Shown: one piece after another, positions 1 through 12,748 of the stretch | Layout of the letters: every line of letters begins with the position of its first letter | How positions within the stretch are numbered: the first letter of the stretch is position 1 | DNA from: Phoronis australis | Lineage: Eukaryota; Animalia; Phoronida | Direction: 5' to 3' | DNA length: 64,000 bases | Assembly (NCBI GenBank): GCA_002633005.1 | Contig: NMRA01000129.1 | Coordinates: 28,133-92,132, forward strand | The notes under the pieces: model-generated | Told to the model about the DNA's origin: nothing | The model's database searches: none | What the model saw: the letters and a program-made list of their open reading frames with translations, nothing else | Position numbers and translations under genes: made by a program

Positions 1-691
1 GAATCACTACTGGTTCCAGGAATTGCACGCTGTGGGAACGTTCGGAGGCACGGGTGACAGTAGATAAAGTGCCTCCACTGGCCCCAGTCACTTCAAAAAC
101 GCACTTCTCGGAGATAGCGACGGGGCACTGTCGGGAATCAACACAGACGGAATGGCATCCTTCTTCAGACGTTGTTTTGCAGGGACCTTCATCAGTTCAG
201 CGTACAAATCCCTTTCGTAATCGGACGGCAGAAAGTGCTTGCCACACACACGGTAATTCTCCACTGCTTTGTACGTTGCGTGGACGGGTAACGCTGCGTT
301 CTTCACACGAACGAGCCAAGTACGGCGAAGTGTGTCATCCATCGGAAAGCGATGCAAAAGTACTCATAAATCGCGCGCGAGCCGATAATTAGTACATCCT
401 GGTACGCAGCAACAGTGTGGTATGTTAACTGACTAGTAAATGAAAGCAAACGACGACGGAACTTAACACAACCGAGGTAGAACAATCATGACTGAGCCGG
501 CAGCTCTCACAGTCAGACTATATGAAAAGAAATTGGTGCGAAATGCTTGCCACCTAAAACGTCACTTCCGGAGTAGCGGACGAGTAATTAATAAAATTAC
601 GAAAAGCTGTAGTTAAGTGGAAAATATGTCTAGGATAACCAACCAACCTTATTTTAGCTCAAAATGACATGGAAAAAGGTTGCCTTCGCCT
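1..691 (-). mobile_element. End of a Kolobok-like DNA transposon, continuing beyond the left window edge
   Basis: Read on the minus strand, the element begins TTAA|AGGCGAAGGCAACC (TTAA at 692-695). This is the RR terminus plus TTAA target typical of Kolobok, and a THAP remnant follows it. The other end is outside the window. Confidence 0.5.
88..423 (-). pseudogene. THAP zinc-finger domain remnant (transposase N-terminus)
   Basis: Minus strand reads (ATA)-PHCCCVPGCTNYRLARDL*VLLHRFPMDDTLRRTWLVRVKN...YRVCGKHFLPSDY...RLKKDAIPSV, the full C2CH THAP signature. The start codon appears as ATA (421-423) and there is an in-frame TGA at 364-366. Confidence 0.85.
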
Positions 692-1041
692 TTAAACAAC
701 ATTCTACAGTGCTAACTTTCGTTTAGCACTGTGATATAGTGTAGGTAGTCTTTTGACCTCGTTTGCTTCCTGAGGCCACGTGTGAAAATTGTTACTTTGT
801 CTTTGAGAGTATGTTGGGCTGGGATGGAAACTGAAAGCACTCTCCCTAATTGTTAAGTGTAACCATTCGAGGAAACGCAGTAGGAAATAAGCTAAATTGC
901 ATGCTCTTATCTGAAGTTTCAGTACGCACTCTGCTAGGTCAAACAATCGTTATTTTTATCACAACAGCGTACGGTTCGGTCTAGTTGGTTTTTGTTCCCG
1001 AAATTGTTACAACTGCAAAATAATTTCGTGGTTTTCAACTT

Positions 1042-2886
1042 ATGATGACTCACGTTACAGCCACAAAAGGTAGGGATACCAGCGTGCTGTTGTTAATAAC
1101 TGCTAGTTGTGCAATCGCAGCACTGTTGGTCTGCAATCTACTCACGAAAGACAACAACATTGCGTTACCATCGGATGTAGTGTCGGTGACGTTGACTATT
1201 CTGCTACTCAGCGTCACCACCATGATGGTCGTCTTCTACTGCAAGCGTCATGACACGACGTTTGTTGTTTACATAACGGAAAACGACGGAAACTCGAATA
1301 CGCTACAGAAGATAAAAGAAATGTTTCCCGTGATTGGTCTCTATATATTTGGTACAGGAACCGTTATACTTGATGTGTTGTCTATTGCTTTTGAAATTGA
1401 ATGTGCTTCTTTCGTGGGCCGCAGCGGCAATGAATCCGGTTTGTTAAACTCCTGGGATGAAAATGCGGTGCTGTCGTGGAGATATTTCGTGTCTTCTCTG
1501 CTTTTTCACTTTTGTAAAGTAGTGTTTTTCGTAATTCAAATGGCATTCTTGCTTCAGTTTTCGTCAGCTATATTTTTACGCCCAGTGACTACTCGTCTCG
1601 TAACATCAATGTGTATGTGCGCGAACTGTGCAGTGTGGGTCGCCAGCTATTTTGAAGAAATGAAGGAGGTTAACAAAGGGTTTGATGATTTTGAAACCAA
1701 AAATGGCGCTTTATTTCGAGCTGGCAACTATACTCAGCGTGTCAGGCAACTTGACTACAGCAGTTGTTTAAACAAAAATACGACAATTGGCAAATCCGTT
1801 GAAAACGCCGCAAAATATCTTTATCCATTTAACATGGAATATTCACTGATCGCCATTGGAATTTTGTACCATTTGTGGGCAACCGCCAAAGCAGACGACG
1901 CACACCGGATACGTGCAGAATCTCCGCATGCAGTTGTTGAGGGTGCTAACAACGATCCTGAAGACGGAGGAGATCCGATTGCGGAATCGCCTGAAATCTG
2001 TGGTAACCGCGCGAATGATAACTCGATAGTTGAAATCACCCAGAATAACGATGGTGCAACTGGGATCAAAGAGGTAGGACTACCTGATGGTTTCCAAGAT
2101 CTTTCTGTTGACAATGCTAGTGTGAACACTAGTAACATACAAGGTGGGGGTTATGGCAGGAATTCGGAGACCAGCATGCTCTTAGGGATCGATACAACGC
2201 AACTACGACCAAACCGAACAGGCGTTCTCTTCAACCTCGGCTATGTGTACATTATTTTGAATTTCGTTGTTGAAATTCTTCTATACGATAAAGACATCTT
2301 CAGTACAATTTTTTACGTGCATTACGGGTTTCAGAGTTTGTTTTATCTGTTATTAATTTTGGTTTCTATTAAATGCTTTTCCATTATTCACAAATTGGAA
2401 GTAACGGAGCATGCGTATGACGAAAAGGACCTATTTCTGTTGTTTTCTGCTGGTGGAACTCTTATGTTTGGCACGCTAACTGCTGTAGCAGGTTGGAATA
2501 TGATTGCAGAAGGGTACAGTATTGAACATTTAAGTGACGAAATAACTGGCCCGGTAATATGGATTGTCACTTTTGACGCGATGACAAATGTCGTGCAAGT
2601 TATCGCCCAAAGTCGCCTTATCATCAGAATTATGCGCGTCAAACCTAGCGATGACATGTCAGACGGAGAGAAAGAGTTTCTGTTCAATGGTGGTATGTTT
2701 TTGTTAGTGTCTAACTTAGCATTGTGGGCATTAGATAGTTTTGTTGAGCTACAGTCTATCGACTCATTTCCCTTGCAGCACAATTACTATGGGACAAGCT
2801 GGAAGATCATAGTCTTACTCACATTTCCAGTTGCTTTCTTCTACCGCTTTCATAGCGTCGGTATACTTATCAATAACATCCATTGA
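1042..2886 (+). CDS. OTOP: Otopetrin-family proton channel, single coding exon, 614 aa
   Basis: About 12 hydrophobic segments in two halves. Hallmark motifs YLYPFNMEYSLIAIGILYHLW (TM6) and FPVAFFYRFHS (TM12). Q/N/Y triad residues are present in both halves (VIQMAF, CANCAVW, EYS; IAQSRL, VSNLALW, FYR). Confidence 0.93.
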   Translation: MMTHVTATKGRDTSVLLLITASCAIAALLVCNLLTKDNNIALPSDVVSVTLTILLLSVTTMMVVFYCKRHDTTFVVYITENDGNSNTLQKIKEMFPVIGLYIFGTGTVILDVLSIAFEIECASFVGRSGNESGLLNSWDENAVLSWRYFVSSLLFHFCKVVFFVIQMAFLLQFSSAIFLRPVTTRLVTSMCMCANCAVWVASYFEEMKEVNKGFDDFETKNGALFRAGNYTQRVRQLDYSSCLNKNTTIGKSVENAAKYLYPFNMEYSLIAIGILYHLWATAKADDAHRIRAESPHAVVEGANNDPEDGGDPIAESPEICGNRANDNSIVEITQNNDGATGIKEVGLPDGFQDLSVDNASVNTSNIQGGGYGRNSETSMLLGIDTTQLRPNRTGVLFNLGYVYIILNFVVEILLYDKDIFSTIFYVHYGFQSLFYLLLILVSIKCFSIIHKLEVTEHAYDEKDLFLLFSAGGTLMFGTLTAVAGWNMIAEGYSIEHLSDEITGPVIWIVTFDAMTNVVQVIAQSRLIIRIMRVKPSDDMSDGEKEFLFNGGMFLLVSNLALWALDSFVELQSIDSFPLQHNYYGTSWKIIVLLTFPVAFFYRFHSVGILINNIH

Positions 2887-3549
2887 TTATTAATAACCTG
2901 AGCATTGCTCCATTAATTGTTTACATTTGTATTTTAAATACTGAATTAAAAGTTTATGTTTCCACTCCGGCGACCAACAGTATATTATGTGCGCGACTAC
3001 TGATATACTTTATTTTGGAATCCGACACAATGTTTCAACTGAATAATCATAGTGTTTGCAACAGCACTGGTATTACTTGTAAAAATCGGACAAATTTGCG
3101 CATGCGCCACTTAAAATAAAATAACTCCTACCAACTAGACATAGTCTGAGCGGGGCGAGGAAATCGCGATAGGGAATAATACTAGAAGCCCAAATCCCTT
3201 GAACCAGGAAGAGATTACCATGAAAAGATAACCATGCTTTTCTCTTCCTGTTTAAACCAAAACGTAATTATCTGAAACAATGATAAATGATCTAACTCGG
3301 GTTAACTATGTTGTTTTTCCCGATCATATAGATGCGGAAACATTCGCAATTTTATTGTTTACTTTTTATTAAACGTGTTGCGTTACTGGCCTCGACAGTG
3401 CATTCTATGACATTCGGTCTATTAGTCCTTACCATGCTTAGAATTTCTATGAGTCAATTGACGTATTTTTTTTCTGCTACTCCTTTCATTGGTAATCAGT
3501 CACTACGTTGTATATCTTGTGTTTTCCACATTTCTGATTGATCGAAATT

Positions 3550-3870
3550 TCTAGACGGAGCTCATTCCATTATGACAATAGTGAGTACGAGTGACCCAGG
3601 ATTACTGTGGCCTTTATCAGTGACTATTAAGTGTCTCTTTTGTGGATATTGACCACCATTTGGTTCAGTTGATAGTGGCTCACATACATGTATGTCTGCA
3701 TCATTTGTCGTCCAAGTGGGTCGAGTTCATACGGCCTCAAAGCCGACGAATGTTCGAATTCATTGTCTGTTTCTTCAACTACTTGAGTGTGATACCCAGC
3801 AGTACCCTCTCTCCTCTCTATTGGCACAAGAATTGTCCAGTTCTCACTTAAAATTGTCCCCATCTTCTAA
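3550..3870. repeat. Dispersed repeat, copy 1 (inverted relative to 59030-59345)
   Basis: GAGCTCATTCCATTATGACAATAGTGAGTACGAGTGACCCAGG...GGGTCGAGTTCATACGGCCT matches the reverse complement of 59030-59345 with scattered mismatches. Confidence 0.8.
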
Positions 3871-5050
3871 TTTGCTGTATTACACCATTGCAATTGATTG
3901 TCAAGTGACCAAACGTATTCCACCGGGAAACTTGGAAATAACTATTTGTCTTTCAAAATTGAAAAATGCGACTTTTTGGCATAAAAAGTGCTTGTTTATT
4001 TAGATTTTACGGTATTTACATGTATTTCATATAACCCAACTGAAACTTCGGAAACTAAGAGAATGCAGTGTTGTACAAGAGATTGAATATTTGGTGATAT
4101 CATAATTAGTTTCAATGTGGATGACTGTGACATTTCATGGCAACGGAGAAAAGTGTATGCTCAAGCTTACTCTCTAGCTAAAAATATCATATGTGTAGTC
4201 TCCCTGTCAAATTCAGTTTCTTTTCTCTGTCCAGTCTGTGCTCCAATAAATACCGCCCACGTGTTGGTGGAATTTGAAAAAGTTTAACTTCTCATACCTT
4301 TATGTGTTCAAGAATTTCATAGATTTTTCTACATTTTAAAATATCAGTACTTTATGTCTTGTGATACTGAGCGTTTTACGTCGACTCTACGGAAACCTAT
4401 TTACCGATTTTGATGTAATCTGCGTGGCATTTCTAATGTTATTGTCTGTGGTATGATTACATCCGATATTAAGTTTTCTTCTACAATCCGTACATTGGAA
4501 TAAGTAACTGTGTATTGGTAACACGTACATGTAGTCGTATTAAAGTTTATATTTTAAAATCATAGCTGTACTATTAATTAACTTTTGTTAAATCTATCAT
4601 CATGTTTTGTTTTAAGCATTAGCTTAATGGTAATTTTTATGCTCTACTGTTACACGCATTCGAAGTACTTCAGCAATAAAGTTTTGTCACACCCAAATGT
4701 TTCTATCGAGTACCAAACAAGCAGTCGCCCGGGTACATGTTGCCATGTAGCATACATGTACATGTGGTTGACTTGATGTTGTCGGTTCAAGACGAGATGA
4801 TTGCCGTCGAAATCTTAAAAAATGGTTTGATTACTAAACAACAGTCAGGCGAAAAATATTCCACTGGATGACAAAGTAACCGATAACACGTTTGAGAACA
4901 TTCATCAAAAAGATTCACCGAACAGGCATTTCATTGCTGAATACACATGGAGTTCCATCGTGCTGCTAAAACGTAACAACATTTACAAATGCTCTATTTA
5001 TTTCCCAAACGGCAACTTCAGTGACATCGGCAGCGGCAGAGGCTCACGAG

Positions 5051-5211
5051 GCTTGGCCGCGCTACCTAGCTCCGGCAGCTTGGCCCATCCCACCCGCGTC
5101 GCCCGCGCGCCTTTGCCACGCTGCCTAGCTCCGGCGGCTTGACCCATACTTCCCGCGTGCCCCGCAGGCCTCGGCCGCGTTGCCTTCCGGCGGCTTGGCC
5201 CGTCCCGCCCT
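5051..5211. repeat. GC-rich degenerate tandem trimer (unit roughly 50-55 bp)
   Basis: Three copies of approximately GCC(G/A)CG(C/T)T(A/G)CCT...TCCGGC(A/G)GCTTG(G/A)CCC in an otherwise AT-rich context. Confidence 0.65.
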
Positions 5212-5947
5212 GAATAATGTCCACGTATACATAAGTACACTGTGACCTGCGAGAAACATGGAAATTAGTGATAGTCTCCCTAATAGTGTAACTATTTTGG
5301 ACCCCCTAACTACTTGACAACACAATTAGCAACAGTATCTTTTTCAAAATACACGTGAAACATTTCACAAATTAGTTTTTATCACATAGAGTCGTAACAA
5401 GAATAGTTTTCTTGCAATGCTAAAGCGACTGTAATCTGACATCCCAGGAAATCAATACTTACTGGGATCATGGATGTTGCTTCCAAGTCAGCAAAATGGG
5501 AAAAGAAAGTGTGTTGACGTTCTTAAGTTAACAGCAATCCAATGAGTGATCACCAACAATAGTGATGGTGAACGATCATGGGCGGCGCACCATAGGGGGG
5601 CTGGGGGGGGGCTATAGCCCCCACTTTTTTCAGTGCTACGCCGCACATGGTCTATAGGCGATGCACCACAGGGGGTTGAGGGGGCTTTAGCCCTCCCCCA
5701 CTTTTTTTAATGCTGCACCGCCCATGTCAATTCCAAAGGTCTTTCATGAACACTCCTAATGTCAAAAAACTGACTAGAACCGTAGTGATGGCATGGCAAA
5801 TTATACACCAACATTCTTACTACACTTTAAGCAATAGCTCCTGAGCACTGTATGGTGTGAAACGATCTAAATTCAAATAAAGGGGATTATATATCTTTTC
5901 TACTTCCATTTTTAAAGCCAAGCTTTACCAAAATTGTACACATTTGT

Positions 5948-7368
5948 ACGCCTAATTCACGCAGACAAGAAGCCGCGTTCCAAAACGAGGTTCGCGATTG
6001 CTCCGTTAAATGGATATTCGGCATACATGTAGTTGTGGTCGCGCGTTGCTCGAACGGCGATAGAAAAATTACGGATATTCAACTGTCTTTTTTACAATCC
6101 TTAAACACGTTGAGATTCAGAAGAGTTAGGTCGTTGCCATAAGCCGCGACGAAGGAAACTATTTCCGGGTAAAATTGATAAGTTTTTTTGAAAGTTTGAT
6201 CACATTTTGTCGCACCTCGGTGGTCGAGCATCATACAGTAGCAACGACTGGTGAATCTTCGGCCAGCCAGGCTGTATTTTCATGACTACGGGTTGAAACA
6301 TGATGCATTTCTTTTCTAAAAGGACAGGGTCCTCAATCCCTCGATTTTGGGGCCGAATATCGGCCCTATTCCCCTCTTAAAGTATTGAAAAATCACGCGA
6401 AATTCCCCCAGGAGGCCTAAAATTTCCCCTAAAGTGATTGAAAATTTCCCCTCGAAGTTCAACTCACCTATAACCACACAGGTGACAATTTGAAAGAGCA
6501 TAAAATGCTACTTGAGACAGAGCCTATGAGAGCTTGCAACAGGGCGGGGTGATCGGGAAAGAGAATTTCCCAATTACTCGGTGAAGAAAAAATCCCCTCA
6601 CAGACGGCACATGCACTTTTCCCCTCGGATGAACGAGGCCCCTGCTGAAGAAACACGATAACTACGCTTGCTCTGTCCAGTTAACTGAAATTGAGCTCTA
6701 ATGCGAAATGAGTTTTTCTGGTTATGCTTTGGACGAACGAACTAGGTGTTTTAATTTTAAAATTCACCTTGGTCCAAATTGGTATTTGAAACCCAACACA
6801 AGAAATAAATGTAAGAATTATTAAAACCAATAAAGCAGAATTGATGGTCAAGTAGTTTTTAGTTTCAATTACCAGCCTGTTTTTCAGTAAAAATACATTT
6901 AATAACATCAATCCCTCTTGCAGATCAATGACAAATCAACTGTTAGTCCCGGTAGTCCCTACCTCCGTACCAGGACCTAAGCTATGCTTGATGTTAATAT
7001 TCTTGATCAACAAATTAAACCACTGAGATTTTTAACTTCACATGACAGCAAAATGCGATGAGGCATTACTGTCAAATATATCTGCAACTCGTCAAAAATA
7101 CGATCAGACGACCTGGTTCGTGTAGAAAGCATTTTTATCAAAAATATTTACAAGAAGAAACGTAACCCTGCATCCTGCATGTACATGTACTTAATCCGTA
7201 AGACGATCACCGCAATTTGGTCACATTTACTTTTCATGTTTCGAACATAGTTTTCCGGTTGGACTTGAAAGACCAGCCATTTAACTCACTCAAAGTCAAC
7301 TTCTGCTTTTTTATCGCAGTGAGCCTCGCTTTTGATTTTTTTAAATATCCGCCGCGTGAATTAGATGT
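5948..7368 (+). mobile_element. Non-autonomous THAP-bearing TIR element, copy 1 (PIF/Harbinger-ISL2EU-like, inferred)
   Basis: Imperfect TIRs (CTAATTCACGC...CCAAAACGAGG versus GAGCCTCGCTTTTG...GCGTGAATTAG). Degenerate THAP at about 6010-6200 (…FFTI-KHVEIQKS…AI-RDEGNYFRV). Colinear with copy 2. Confidence 0.7.
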
Positions 7369-7927
7369 ATGAATTCGAGGCTGGAGTATAGACCCTATTC
7401 ACACCGACAGGAGGCGCGTTCCAAAACGAGGCTCGTTACGATAGCTCTGGTGGCTTATCCGCGTAGTTGTACTCCGCGGTGCTCGACAGCTAGAAAACTG
7501 AAAATACGGACACTCTGTTTTACAATCCCTAAGGAAGTTGGGATTCGGAAGCGTTGGGTCCATGCGCTGCGACGAAGGCAAATATGTCCGTGTAAAATTT
7601 ATAACTGTTTTCGAATCATAATTTGTCGCATCTCGGACTGGATGCCGCCATAGCATCGAGGACCGGAGAATCTTCGGCCAGCCAGGCTGTGTTTTCATGA
7701 CTATGGGTTAAAGCGCGATGCATTTTTCTTTACAAAAAGGACAGGACCCTCAATCCCTCGAATTTGGGGCCAAATATCGGCCCTATTCCCCTCTCAAAAA
7801 TATTGAAAAATCACGCAAATTTGGTCCCGGCCACGAGGCCTAAAAATCCCCTATGCGATTGAAATTTCTCTCCAACGGTTCAAATTACCTGTGACCACAG
7901 AGGTGACAATTTGAAAAAGTACAAAAT

Positions 7928-8249
7928 CATAGGCGGATTTAGGGGGGGCAGGGGTCCCGCCCCCCTCCTTGACTGCCACAAGCAAAATAAACCAGCAAAA
8001 CGTGAAGCGGGAGGAAACTTGTACTGAGTTCGAGCTAGGACTGGTAGCGGACGAGGGGGAAAACACGTACGTTCCGTTTTATTTTTTTTAGTCCAACGAC
8101 AGATTTCCTGAGTAGAAGGTATACATCCTCGGCGCCCGCAACTTCCGGACCGCCTACGTGCATACAGTACAATCGGGCTTAATTTGCCCGCTTCTCCGAG
8201 GATGTCCCCCCCAGTCACTAGGCCTAGTGCTATCCTAGATCAGCCACTG
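7928..8249. mobile_element. G-rich CA...TG MITE with 5-bp TSD AAAAT
   Basis: AAAAT|CATAGGCGGATTTAGGGGGGG ... CTAGATCAGCCACTG|AAAAT. The empty site (GCATAAAATGCTACTTGAG) is visible in the paralogous copy at about 6500. Confidence 0.88.
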
Positions 8250-8450
8250 AAAATGGTACTTGAGAGAGAGCTATGAGAGCTTAATTGCAAAAGGGCGGGG
8301 TGCTATTGATGGTGATCGGGAGGTCAGTAGAGTTTTCACTGACCCGTCACTCGGCGAAAGGTGGCCCCTCTCAGAAGGCCGCACACACATGAGTCACCTT
8401 TCCCCTCTATGAACGAGGCCTCTGAAGAAACATGATAACTATTCTTGTTC

Positions 8451-8616
8451 CACGGGGGATCCAGGACTTTGAGTTGGGCGGGGGGGAAGAGTATTAGCCA
8501 GGATTTTGCCAGTCAGAAATTCGCGCTCCTGAACTGCCAAATGCCGGCATTTGGGAGAATTTTAGGGGGGGAGGGCTGGGGCATAGCCCCTTGGCTCCCC
8601 TCTAAATCCGCCACTG
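8451..8616. mobile_element. G-rich CA...TG MITE with 5-bp TSD TGTTC
   Basis: TGTTC|CACGGGGGATCC ... AAATCCGCCACTG|TGTTC. Absent from the paralogous position at about 6670. Internal sequence is shared with 13278-13466 and about 37967-38115. Confidence 0.85.
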
Positions 8617-9899
8617 TGTTCTGTCCAGTTAACTGAAATTGAGCTCTAATACGAGGTTATGTTTTGGACGAAAGAATTAGGTGTTTTAATTTTAAAATTC
8701 AACTTGGTCGAGATTGATATTTGAAAAATATAACACATGAAATAGACAAAATTATTAAAACCAAGAAAGCAGAATTGATAGTCATATAATTTTTATTTTC
8801 AATAGCGAGCCTAGTTTTTTATCATAATCAAAATATATATTTAATAATATCAAGTATTATTTCAGATCAATGACAAATCAACTGTAAGGCCTGGCCGGTA
8901 GTGCCTACCTCACCAGGACTTAGGCTATGCTTGAAGCTAATAGGCCTACTCTTGATCAACAAATTAAACCAGATGAGACTTGCACATGACAGCAAAATGC
9001 TATGAGCCACCACTGTCGAATATACATGTATCTTCAATTCGTCAACAATACGACCAGATGACCCGGTTCGTGTAGAAAACATTTTTATCAAGAATTTATT
9101 AGAAGAAACGTAACCCTGCATTCAGCATGATACCTAATCCGTAACACTACGATCACTGCAATTTTTGTCATGTTTACTTTTTATGATTCGAACCTAGTTT
9201 TCCGAAAAAAAACTAAATCCTTTCGTCAGACAACTCTTTGGTGCATTGACTTGTTCTTTAACTGTATTTTTCTACGTCTCTGTGGTTAATTATTGACACA
9301 TTTTTTAAGATTTAATATTCAGGTTGGACTCCAAAGACTGGCCATTTAACTCACGCAATGTAACTTTCCGCTTTGTTTATCGTAGTGAGCCTCGCTTTGG
9401 ATTTTAATGTCCGCCGCGTGAATAGAGTCTATGACTTCGAAACGCTTGCACGAAAAATTCCGCAGCTATACGTGAGCAGTGTTCGGACTTAGCAAATATG
9501 TAAATGTTCTGGCCTGTCGGGCAAGTTTGTCTGAAAATTTACTGGCCCGGCTGCCAAGTTGCTGAACCTACTTTTAGCAGCCTACCTACGTTTTCTCAAT
9601 ATTTTCCTGTACACTAAATGCGCGTGTGCTTGAGAACCCTATTTGTTTTGCCATTAACTCTAGAAGAGGAGCTATTGGAAACTGAGATGTATATGTAAAC
9701 ACCGCGTGAGCTGTAATTACGAAATAAAAACCCGGAACTGGATTCAACCAATATATTTTTGCAAAACACGTACGTTTCATCAGTACACAGACCTCTAGGC
9801 TAGAGTTCAATAAACAAAGAGAATAGGACGATCGCGGACTATTGCTCACACGGTTCAAAGTCGTTAGCGAACAAAGGGTACATGTAGCTCCCAACTGAA

Positions 9900-10288
9900 T
9901 CGCTTGTTCCACACCGACATTCCACGCTCTCGTGCAGAGCTCAAACCGATACTATTTCTGTGCAACTTTCACGCATTTAAGAAATTTGAACACAGAGAAG
10001 TTCTCGGTAAAGTTGCTGTTACTATAGCCTCCAAAAACGCACATTTTCATGACTGAAAAGAGCGGCTCTCCCGTGGACTTTCATCACAACTCCTCAGTAT
10101 AACACACTGGTAAAAACAACAACGGCGGAGACGGTCCCATTACGTACAACCACGATAACAGAAAAATATTTTTTTAATTTTTGTTTTGTTTTGTTTTGTT
10201 TCTTAGCAGCAGGTATACTAATGGCTATTAAATCTTAAGAGATTTAATAATAAAATTCTTTTTGAGACACAGGGTCATGGTGGGAACA
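9900..10288 (-). mobile_element. THAP-encoding transposon end (Kolobok-like), degenerate; same family as 59480-59959
   Basis: Minus strand from ATG at 10050: MKMCVFGGYSNSNFTENFSVFKFLKCVKVAQK*YRF. Nucleotide match to about 59560-59959. Confidence 0.7.
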
Positions 10289-12748
10289 TGAAAAAAACAA
10301 AGCTACGTTTGTTTACAAAAACAAAACAAAAGTCTAAAATTCACTAATAATAACAAATACACACTGATTTAACCTACAAAATTGAGAAGCAACTTGCACC
10401 AACTCATGAGTAATTAATAAAAGTTTGACTGCAATGAAAGAAGTTTGACCTGGATTAACAGAACAAAAAGTCCATGACCTCTACCCCATTACAGCGTTCT
10501 GTCATTCAGTAACTTTTCCAGACGCGAGGGTTGCTGAACGTGCGATAAAATCTGACTCTTTTGTTAACTGCCCAGCTCAGTCTTTTGTCCCGTAAGATAA
10601 CAAGCAGGCCAATTATCTCCCAGTCTTCAAAGGAAACGTATAGTGGTTGCACGCTATTACCGAACGCGTATGAACACAGTCAAACCCAGTGCGTCCGTTT
10701 GGACAGAATAGATTGTCTTAACTTCCGTTGTAGTTGGGCGATTTTGGCGATTCAAAAACGGAGCGTTATCAACATTTGACGAGGAATTCAGAAATGCTAT
10801 TGGTTTAAGCACAAATGTGTTATAACTTAACTTTTTATCAGCCCAGCCCAGTCAGTCTAGATACGATCTGATCGGAGATTAGAAAAATTATCGAACAAAA
10901 GAGCGCAGGCCCTCCAACCATAAATGCCAGAATGGAGTTAATCAGTCGTGTAAGCTATTGGCTACGGGGGTAAACTTCCAAACTTGTTGTTGGGCTATAG
11001 AATCGAACAAGTTGGGAGCAACGGGATGTCGCCGTCATGAAGGACATACAGTGTACTGTGAAGGGTTCTCACGCAAAATGGCTTCCCACAAAATTCTGCA
11101 GACAACTGGGATTTCATTTTGTTAAATTTCTAGACAAAAATATTTCTGAAAAATTTGGCATTAACATACTTTGTTCCATATACCTATTGTGAAACCAAAC
11201 ATTCTTCATAAAATTTTGAACAATTTTACAGATATTTTTGTCCAAAAATTGAAGGGAGATTGCCATAAAAGGGAGAACTAAAAGACCAGTAAACTTGAAT
11301 TTGTTACACATTTAGTTAATTTCTTTGAAAAAGGAACTGAAATTAAACAGTACTCGCCATTACACACATATTTCAACACAGGACAGTCTCCCAGTTGTTG
11401 GGACCACGTTAGGTACTCATTAGATCACTAATACACAGCTGCTCCCAGAATGAGGGTCAAAAGTACAATACTTCTTTTAATTTAAAATTTACTTCTGCTT
11501 GGTGCATTCCAAAATGTTTACAGATTCAGATAACAGGCAGCTTCTGGCATTCCTTCATGCACCACGAGAGCACCTTGCAGGGGAGGGCTCAGGGGGCTCG
11601 AACAAGCCCCCAGTTGACGAAGTGGATAAAAAGGTCCACCTCAAAGAAACAACTAAGAAAAAAGTAGAAAACGAGATAAAAGGACTTGCGCTAAAAAGGC
11701 AGGAACCACCAAAATTTGGTGAATGCACAATTCATAGCTTTGAATGCACCCCATCAATCTTAGTAAAAGGTCCACATTCTCAAAAATCCGAGCCCCCCCA
11801 TTTTTAGGCTGGATGCACACATGTGCACAAGAGATGGGAAGCTATTCAAAGGGCTATGCAGTTAAGACAGAATCAGGGTTTTGACACCTATAAAATCTGA
11901 GGTGGGACTTTGAATGCTGGCTAGACCATCGAGTAACAATAATGCAAAATCAGGCATAGCAAAAACAAAACAGCTCAACTTGAGCAAAAATTGGTTCTTG
12001 TCCAATAGATGGCGTAGTTGTTGAACCATCAGTCATAATGGCTGATTAGAAGTCTTCCTCGATACCTGACATACTGTAAATACATTACATGCCAAAAACA
12101 ATCAGACTTAATGACCAGAAATTCTCAATCATGACTGCTGAACCCAAATCGAATTCCCCCATCATAATGCCTTAGTGCAAGACAAATTAAGAGAACCTTG
12201 AACGATGCCTAATGACGGTAAACAGCATTTGGCTATAATGTATGCATTCAGTGTTCTCCACAAGTTCGATTCGTCACTGCATCGGATTTGAATTTTGCCG
12301 TGAGAAGTTTGACTTGCTTGCATCGAATTTGAAAGGTATGCAAAGAGTTTGAGGTATTGAGGGATTTTAATTTCTTTTGACAAATTAGGAAATTTTGGAC
12401 GTTTGAACCAGTTCAATACATTTGCATTCCAATAAAAACTCTTCAAAGTGTGGACATGGACTTTTGAACATGTACATGTATTTTGCAATTCCAGTCAAGT
12501 TTGAATGTTATGTTGTGGGAAACACTGTGTATTCCTTTTCATCTCATTGACATGAGGATAATTTAGCTTTTCTACAATGCATTCATCTTCCAGAGGAAAA
12601 GCGAAATTAAACATCCAATACACAAATGAGTTGTTGCACACATATGATGAGAGATAAAGTGTGCCTACCTATGAAGTGCACGCCTGTCACAATTAACATA
12701 AATCTACAGCAAGCTATTTGCCTCCCGTTCCTGAATCCACATCTTCAA

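Larger units (their letters stand above)
7390..9430 (+). mobile_element. Non-autonomous THAP-bearing TIR element, copy 2, with two nested insertions
   Basis: AT|AGACCCTATTCAC ... GTGAATAGAGTCT|AT, giving TIRs and an AT duplication. THAP remnant CTPRCS...FTIPKEVGIRKRWVHALRR at about 7450-7600. Aligns along its length with 5948-7368. Confidence 0.78.

Noticed and set aside
1821-2783. Antisense ORFs within otopetrin (also those within the GT4 exons and the MS4A-like gene)
   Set aside because: Shadow ORFs of real coding sequence, with no motifs.
12005-12070. tRNA-like A-box TGGCGTAGTTG
   Set aside because: The B-box is too degenerate and there is no cloverleaf.
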